Positions 14,599-20,000 of a stretch of DNA of 20,000 nt are shown here, one piece after another. The stretch's first letter is position 1; the number at the start of each line of letters is the position of its first letter. The translations under genes and the position numbers were made by a program. The notes under the pieces are model-generated. The model was not told the origin of the DNA, searched no databases, and saw nothing but the letters and a program-made list of their open reading frames with translations. The stretch is from IMG/VR virus record IMGVR_UViG_2831345111_000005; one strand, 5' to 3'. The stretch is from an uncultured virus (IMG/VR IMGVR_UViG_2831345111_000005). Lineage: Duplodnaviria; Heunggongvirae; Uroviricota; Caudoviricetes.

Positions 14599-14627
14599 AG
14601 TATACCGATTTATAGTTGTTTTGTCAA
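14599..14627 (-). promoter_or_regulatory. sigma70-type promoter for SLT-tonB-exbBD-traN operon
   Basis: Minus strand TTGACA-17bp-TATACT. Confidence 0.75.
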
Positions 14628-14653
14628 TTTTAAGCAGCTTGCGTTCCATAAAA

Positions 14654-14688
14654 CAAAAAGCCCATGCCATTTGGCACTGGGCTTTTTG
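14654..14688. terminator. intrinsic terminator after ssb
   Basis: CAAAAAGCCCA-TGCCA-TT-TGGCA-C-TGGGCTTTTTG. Confidence 0.7.
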
Positions 14689-14706
14689 CGTCAAGCTGGC
14701 CGACGG

Positions 14707-15072
14707 TTATTCGTCGATGCCGAGGCCAGACGGTTGTTCTTCTTCCAGTTCGTCAGCATCAACCACCTGGAAACGGTCAGCAACCAGTTCGTTGGTGACA
14801 AACCCTTCGGTAACGATATGCTTGAGCACGCCCTGGACGTGGCCGGTAACGTCGGCAAGGCAGCCGACCTTCAGGTGGTCCTTGCACTTCTCATACACAT
14901 AAGGGGGAATGCGAACCAGCGCCACGTTCACGAACTGGACCGATTGCTCGGTACGTTGACGGGACGGGCCGTATTGAATCCATGCTACCGCAGCCGGGCC
15001 TTTCTTGGCGGGCTTGTTATTGACGTCGATACGCTTAACTTCACCGGACAACACAAAGGTGTTAATAGTCAT
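14707..15072 (-). CDS. ssb: single-stranded DNA-binding (SSB/PriB-like OB-fold) protein
   Basis: INTFVLSGEV start, LKVGCLADVTGHV, ELVADRFQVV, acidic C-terminal tail. Confidence 0.7.
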   Translation of the reverse strand: MTINTFVLSGEVKRIDVNNKPAKKGPAAVAWIQYGPSRQRTEQSVQFVNVALVRIPPYVYEKCKDHLKVGCLADVTGHVQGVLKHIVTEGFVTNELVADRFQVVDADELEEEQPSGLGIDE

Positions 15073-15120
15073 TTTCTACACTCCATTAATTTAACAAAAC
15101 CCGAATCGAACATTCAGGGA

Positions 15121-15636
15121 TTAATCACAGTTATTTCGCTTCCCGTTTTTAGTACCTGGGCTGCGCTCGGACGCCTTGTGGGCAACCTTGTGCTTGCTTC
15201 CGCGGTGATGCTTCTTAATCGCGTGGGGACCCTTATTGGGGGTCGGCACGGTTGTCACTACGACGGTCGTCTCGTGGTATAGGGCAGAACACGTAATTTC
15301 GGTATGAAATTTGTTAGCTAATTGTGTAGCGTTATCGCACTGCTTCGAAATTTCAGCGCATTCCTTGCGATGCGCTTTATCAGTTGGCTTGATACACCCT
15401 GGCGCACGGACCTCGAGAACATGCCAGTTGGGACCGGCCGTTGACTTTAGCAACTCTTCAGCGGCCGATGGAGATACTTCTCGCACTTCTGAGTGAGCAT
15501 AGGTGTCCGCCGACAAGCGCACCGCCGCGGCATCAAGCGGGTTTTGTGGTGGGACAGGTTGCGGCGTCAGGGCCGCCAGCGCGCATTGGCTGAATCCAAC
15601 CAAGGCAAGGGTGCTAAGCAGGGTAGAGAATCGCAT
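15121..15636 (-). CDS. secreted hypothetical protein (171 aa)
   Basis: Start reassigned to ATG 15636 with AGGAG RBS; signal peptide ending ALA; several Cys; basic His/Lys-rich tail. Confidence 0.75.
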   Translation of the reverse strand: MRFSTLLSTLALVGFSQCALAALTPQPVPPQNPLDAAAVRLSADTYAHSEVREVSPSAAEELLKSTAGPNWHVLEVRAPGCIKPTDKAHRKECAEISKQCDNATQLANKFHTEITCSALYHETTVVVTTVPTPNKGPHAIKKHHRGSKHKVAHKASERSPGTKNGKRNNCD

Positions 15637-15647
15637 GGGGACTCCTG

Positions 15648-16292
15648 TTATTTGGTTGATTCGTTGAGTTTGTGCAGAACTTTTTGCACTAGCGGACCGG
15701 GTTCGGAAGCATCTGCGGGGGAAATCAGTTGCTTGATTTTTCCGTCGTGTACCCAAGCGAATACAGGAACTTCAGTCGCGCCGGACATATCAACCAGACG
15801 GCCTACCTTGACCTCAGAAACCAGGGTGATATCGGATGCCGCGCGGTCGGCGACGGCCAGCAAGTCAAACTTGGGTACCGTCTGCTTAATGCGTTGCGGG
15901 AGCTGGCGGCGCTCCAGGAAGGAGATAATCTGCGGGAGCTCTTCAAAATTCTGCCCCTCGCGCTGGATGCCATCAAACAAGGCATCACGCACGATATTTT
16001 CGGCGCCAGGGAAGAGGTCACGAACGGCGTAGTAGAACCGGTCCGGCCATAAGGATTGGCCCTCCCATGCGGCCGGGGCCACACGTAAAGGAATCTTGGC
16101 CTCTTTGGCGGCCTGAGCAATCGTGTCGAACTGGTCATTCACGGCATGGCAGCGCGGGCAGTGGAAGTTAATGATTTCCACCAGCACCGTATCTGTTGGG
16201 CCAGCTGCGACTCCGGGCGTAGGCATGTCCGCCATTGCAGTCAGGGGCAGCAGTGCCAGTCCAACCAAGGATGAAATCAGCTTGATTCGCAT
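15648..16292 (-). CDS. dsbA: periplasmic DsbA-like thiol:disulfide oxidoreductase
   Basis: Signal peptide, VEIINFHCPRCH (CxxC), EVP cis-Pro loop. Confidence 0.75.
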   Translation of the reverse strand: MRIKLISSLVGLALLPLTAMADMPTPGVAAGPTDTVLVEIINFHCPRCHAVNDQFDTIAQAAKEAKIPLRVAPAAWEGQSLWPDRFYYAVRDLFPGAENIVRDALFDGIQREGQNFEELPQIISFLERRQLPQRIKQTVPKFDLLAVADRAASDITLVSEVKVGRLVDMSGATEVPVFAWVHDGKIKQLISPADASEPGPLVQKVLHKLNESTK

Positions 16293-16300
16293 GCGGCCTC

Positions 16301-16699
16301 CTATTGCTTAACAGGCAGCGGCTGAGCGAGTGAGCCAGGATTGCCGGGGTGGTTATGTTCGTCCGCGGGCGCGGCTTGCTCTACAGGCTTATAGATTGCG
16401 ATGGATTGCATTGACGGCGCAGGCTTGATGAGGCCGGCGGCAATAGCCTTGTTGTAATCGGCCTGGTAGAAGAGGCGCCAGATAAGGAATTGGCAGCTGT
16501 AATCGAGCTTGTCACTCCAGCGAGCAGTGGTGGCTGTATGGCTCTCAGCGGACAGCGCCGTGGTGGAGGTGGCTACGTTGCCGACCCAGTTAATCGGCTC
16601 ACAGGCGCGAGAAATGCGGTCTTGGGGTACCGGTGCCGCAAAAATCCAGATGATGAAAAACAAAATGGGAACACCGAATAAAAGTTCCTTGATTTGCAT
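16301..16699 (-). CDS. membrane-anchored hypothetical protein (132 aa)
   Basis: Start reassigned to ATG 16699 downstream of promoter; N-terminal TM, two Cys. Confidence 0.75.
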   Translation of the reverse strand: MQIKELLFGVPILFFIIWIFAAPVPQDRISRACEPINWVGNVATSTTALSAESHTATTARWSDKLDYSCQFLIWRLFYQADYNKAIAAGLIKPAPSMQSIAIYKPVEQAAPADEHNHPGNPGSLAQPLPVKQ

Positions 16700-16736
16700 A
16701 TATTTCCAGTCAGAACTTGAGGAATGATTATTGCAT

Positions 16737-16765
16737 AGTATATCGTAGAATGATATATTTCGCAA
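16737..16765 (-). promoter_or_regulatory. sigma70-type promoter for the dsbA/ssb operon
   Basis: Minus strand TTGCGA-17bp-TATACT. Confidence 0.65.
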
Positions 16766-16890
16766 CATCACCGGCATTCAGTTGTTAACAAATATTACAA
16801 GTTAACTATGCAAGCGCGAGCTATACGGACTTAGGTCCATATCTCGCCTGAAGCTGGGCATAAATATTTATAACGGAAGGAAATCAAATC

Positions 16891-19242
16891 ATGACAGCAA
16901 CAACAACGAAGGAAGAGCTGGTTTTCCAGCTGGCTGATATCCGGTTTTCCAAAGACGGGTTTCACATTGCACGCACGACCAAGGGTGACAGTGTCGCCGG
17001 CAAGTTCAATGCGCAGGTTGGCCATTGCTATAAGGCTGCTGGCGAATGGGACCGGACCTCGGATAAGGCGTTGACCTACGGGCCGACGTTTAAGATTGAG
17101 TCCGCTGTCTCCATCCGCATGCCGTCCCCTGAAGCGCTTGGCCGCTATCTGGTGTTTGCCCTCCGTGGCAAGGGCTCGGGTACCGCGGCTGTTGGTGAAA
17201 TCGTGGTGAGCATGCTGGTGCAAGGCGTCAAGGAAGAAGGCCTCGACCTCGAGGAGCTTCTCGACCATTGCAAACGGGATACGCTCATCGACCTGGTGGG
17301 GACGCGTAACACGCCTAAGGTGGATACCATCCTGGCGTGGTGGCCCAAAATCAAGCCGGCTGCTGACTTGATGTCGCCGTTGCTGGGTTATGGGTTGTCC
17401 GAAGCGATGGCGGAAACGCTCATCAACATCTATGGTAGTCGTGTTATCGAGGAGGTGGAGAAGCGTCCGTATGACCTCATTCTTGAGGTTGACGGTGTTT
17501 CTTTCCTGACCGCTGACAAGATTGCCATGAAGGTTGGCCTCATTTCCAAGACTGACCCGTTGCGCCTGCGTGCAGCATTGGCTACAGGCATGCGCGATGC
17601 GACGTCGAACGGTGATGTAGGTGTGCGCCGCAAGCTGTTGGTTGACCGCACGATGCCGTTGGTCAATGAATCAGTCATCGAAAATGGCCGTCGCAAGCTG
17701 GCCCCTGGCGTTCCTCCTGCTGTTCCGGCCAACGTGCTGGAAAACATCCTCGACGACATGATTAAAGGGTCGTTCGTGGATGCTCAGGGTAAAGACTGTG
17801 AGTTCTCCAAGGAATTGGTTGAGTTCGCAGACGACAAGGGTGAAGTGGTAGTCTGGTATGCCCCGTTGGTTGAGGCAGAACGGACGATTGCTCGCCGGCT
17901 TGCGCAGTTCAACGCCAAGCCTCGTCCTGACCTGGCAGCACGTGTGGAGGAGTTCGCTACCAAGCTGGGCGCCACCCTGGCTCCTGAGCAACATGCAGCC
18001 GTAGGCATGGTTTTGTCGAACCCGGTTTCCGTCATTACAGGCGGCCCTGGTTGCGGCAAAAGCTTTGTCCTGAAAGTCGTTCTTGCTGCGTTGGATGCTG
18101 CCGGGTACAAGGGCACGTTGATTGCGCCGACGGGTAAAGCCGCTAAGCGTATTACCGAGTCCACTGGTCGTCTTGCGCAGACTGCGCATTCAGCGATTGG
18201 ATTTGGTGGTAAGCAGCGTGCAGCCTTCAATGAGGATTGCCCTTTGGCATCGCATTACCTGGTCATCGATGAGGCATCCATGATGGATACCGAATTGACG
18301 GCCGCGGTACTGTGTGCAGCAGCTAATCACTGCCGCATCATCATTGTGGGCGACGTCGACCAGCTTCCGAGCGTCGGCCCTGGCCAAGTGCTGCGAGACA
18401 TCATTCTGGCGGACATCGTGCCGGTCACCCGACTGACGCGCGTGTTTCGACAGGGTGCTGGCTCCGGTATTGTGACGGCAGCAAAAGTCATCAACACTGG
18501 GCATATGCCGGAAACAACCGATGACGGGCAGTTTGTCATGGTTGAGACCGAAACGCCGGCGCAGGACTTGCTGGAGGCTATGCGTGAGCTGATTGCTTCT
18601 GGCGTGAATCCGGATGATATTCAGGTACTGGCGCCCACCCATAAGGGTGACGCTGGCTGCACCGCGCTTAATAAGGCAGTGCAGGCGTTACTGAATCCGG
18701 AAACACCTGGGTCGATGCAGAAGTTGCGTCGAGACTCCGGCGACATCCGTGTCAATGACCGCGTTATTCAGGGTAAGAATAACCGCGAGCTTGGCATCGT
18801 CAATGGGGACATCGGCTGGATTGATGACATTTCGTCCGACAAGGGGAGCGTCCTACTCTCGCTGGCCGACCGACCGGAGCCGTTGAAAATGACGGCACAG
18901 GAGTCGACCAACCTGAAGCTCGCGTATGCCATTACGGTACACAAGAGCCAAGGAGCAGAAGCGCCTTACGTCCTGATTGCTTTAGACCGTGCAGCGAGCT
19001 TCATGCTTCGCCGCAATCTGGTTTATACCGCAGTAACACGCGGAAGCAAGAAGGTGATGTTGTTCGGTTCACTGAACACCGTCTCCGGCGCAGTGCGTCG
19101 TGGTGAGCCGCCTGAAGGTAGCCGCCGCACGTCTCTGGTGAGTAAGTTGAAGGCCAGCTTCCCCTCCATTGGAGCGAAGCCAACGGACCGTATCGCAGCA
19201 GCAATGCTGTCCGATACATTCGATGAATCGCTACCGTTTTAA
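16891..19242 (+). CDS. recD2: RecD2-family SF1B helicase
   Basis: PYDL..VDGVSFLTADKIA; Walker A GGPGCGKS; APTGKAAKR; IDEASM; VGDVDQLPSVGPG; LAYAITVHKSQG; LVYTAVTR; AAGGA RBS. Confidence 0.92.
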   Translation: MTATTTKEELVFQLADIRFSKDGFHIARTTKGDSVAGKFNAQVGHCYKAAGEWDRTSDKALTYGPTFKIESAVSIRMPSPEALGRYLVFALRGKGSGTAAVGEIVVSMLVQGVKEEGLDLEELLDHCKRDTLIDLVGTRNTPKVDTILAWWPKIKPAADLMSPLLGYGLSEAMAETLINIYGSRVIEEVEKRPYDLILEVDGVSFLTADKIAMKVGLISKTDPLRLRAALATGMRDATSNGDVGVRRKLLVDRTMPLVNESVIENGRRKLAPGVPPAVPANVLENILDDMIKGSFVDAQGKDCEFSKELVEFADDKGEVVVWYAPLVEAERTIARRLAQFNAKPRPDLAARVEEFATKLGATLAPEQHAAVGMVLSNPVSVITGGPGCGKSFVLKVVLAALDAAGYKGTLIAPTGKAAKRITESTGRLAQTAHSAIGFGGKQRAAFNEDCPLASHYLVIDEASMMDTELTAAVLCAAANHCRIIIVGDVDQLPSVGPGQVLRDIILADIVPVTRLTRVFRQGAGSGIVTAAKVINTGHMPETTDDGQFVMVETETPAQDLLEAMRELIASGVNPDDIQVLAPTHKGDAGCTALNKAVQALLNPETPGSMQKLRRDSGDIRVNDRVIQGKNNRELGIVNGDIGWIDDISSDKGSVLLSLADRPEPLKMTAQESTNLKLAYAITVHKSQGAEAPYVLIALDRAASFMLRRNLVYTAVTRGSKKVMLFGSLNTVSGAVRRGEPPEGSRRTSLVSKLKASFPSIGAKPTDRIAAAMLSDTFDESLPF

Positions 19243-19255
19243 CCCGCTGTAATAC

Positions 19256-19292
19256 CAAGCACCAGGAATTCCTCCCTGGTGCTTGTTCTTTT
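19256..19292 (+). terminator. intrinsic terminator after recD2
   Basis: CAAGCACCAGG-N8-CCTGGTGCTTG followed by TTCTTTT. Confidence 0.75.
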
Positions 19293-19340
19293 GTTGGCGC
19301 ACGACTCGCAATTTGCCTGGTGTTGCGCTAGGCTCACAGC

Positions 19341-20000
19341 ATGTGCTCCCACTACGACCCGGTGCTTGACCATACAGTACTCCGCGAATACTTCGGCGTT
19401 GAGGAGTCGCTTGCGCCTGGCATGAAGCCTAGTCTTTGGCCTGGGTATGTCGGCCCATTCATCCGCCGCCATGAACATGCGGATGTCGGGGATGAGGCGG
19501 TGCCACCTCGCGAGTTGATGCAAGGGAGCTTTGGGCTCATCCCGCATTGGAGCAAGGACGCGACCATTGCGCGGAGAACCTATAACGCCAGGTCGGAGAC
19601 GGTTGCCGAGAAACCAAGCTTTCGCGATGCCTGGCGTCTTGGCCGGCACTGCATCATTCCTGCAACCGGCTTCTTTGAGCCTGACTGGCGCAGTGGCAAA
19701 GCGGTGCCCACCAGGATTACGCGCAAGGATGGTGCGCCTATCGGGATAGCTGGTTTGTGGGCGATGTGGAAGCAACCGGATGGCGCGACATTGCATAGCT
19801 TTACCATGCTTACCGTCAACGCAGATGACCACCCGTTCATGCGCAACTTCCATAAGCCCGGCGATGAAAAACGCATGATTGTTATCTTGCCTGAAAACCA
19901 GTACGACGCCTGGCTGACCGCCCCGGCAGATGAAAGCAGGGCATTCCTTCAGCAGTACCCATCAGACCTGCTTGAAGCCGTCGCGTCCCCGGCCAGATAA
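19341..20000 (+). CDS. SOS response-associated peptidase (SRAP/HMCES/YedK family)
   Basis: N-terminal MC, FGLIPHW, YNARSETV..KPSFR, CIIPATGFFE, IAGLW, SFTMLT, H...RM; stop TAA at 19998-20000. Confidence 0.92.
   Translation: MCSHYDPVLDHTVLREYFGVEESLAPGMKPSLWPGYVGPFIRRHEHADVGDEAVPPRELMQGSFGLIPHWSKDATIARRTYNARSETVAEKPSFRDAWRLGRHCIIPATGFFEPDWRSGKAVPTRITRKDGAPIGIAGLWAMWKQPDGATLHSFTMLTVNADDHPFMRNFHKPGDEKRMIVILPENQYDAWLTAPADESRAFLQQYPSDLLEAVASPAR

Noticed and set aside
19239..19853. 204-aa minus-strand ORF (and minus ORFs inside recD2)
   Set aside because: Antisense to clearly recognisable SRAP and RecD2 genes
1..20000. CRISPR array, iterons or IS elements
   Set aside because: No regularly spaced direct repeats, terminal inverted repeats or transposase ORFs seen by eye
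1..20000. Prophage or phage genome assignment
   Set aside because: No virion, terminase or integrase genes in the window; Nuc, TrbN-like SLT, TraN-like and DsbA genes fit a conjugative element better, though a phage-plasmid cannot be excluded

Overview
A gene-dense backbone segment of what is most likely a large conjugative plasmid or similar element; a proteobacterial host is an inference. No rRNA, tRNA, IS or CRISPR was seen. It carries (i) a dispersed DNA replication/repair set: RecJ C-terminus, a family-A DNA polymerase with unusual active-site residues and two large insertions, a divergently transcribed Zn-ribbon/Toprim primase, SSB, RecD2 helicase and an SRAP/HMCES protein; (ii) a minus-strand envelope/transfer operon in which a TrbN/VirB1-like lytic transglycosylase is followed by a TonB-like protein, a miniature ExbB/TolQ, an ExbD/TolR, two unknowns and a C-terminally short TraN-like adhesin, with a DsbA-like operon upstream and a secreted Nuc (PLD) nuclease elsewhere; (iii) an unannotated ~250-nt intergenic stretch (about 952-1206) that folds by eye into a multi-stem + strand RNA with a GNRA-capped hairpin and its own terminator, tail-to-tail with a degenerate HNH/Zn-finger gene. 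The two divergent intergenic regions (polA/primase and dsbA operon/recD2) share three motifs in the same order. All calls come from motif recognition by eye; no searches or folding programs were run.
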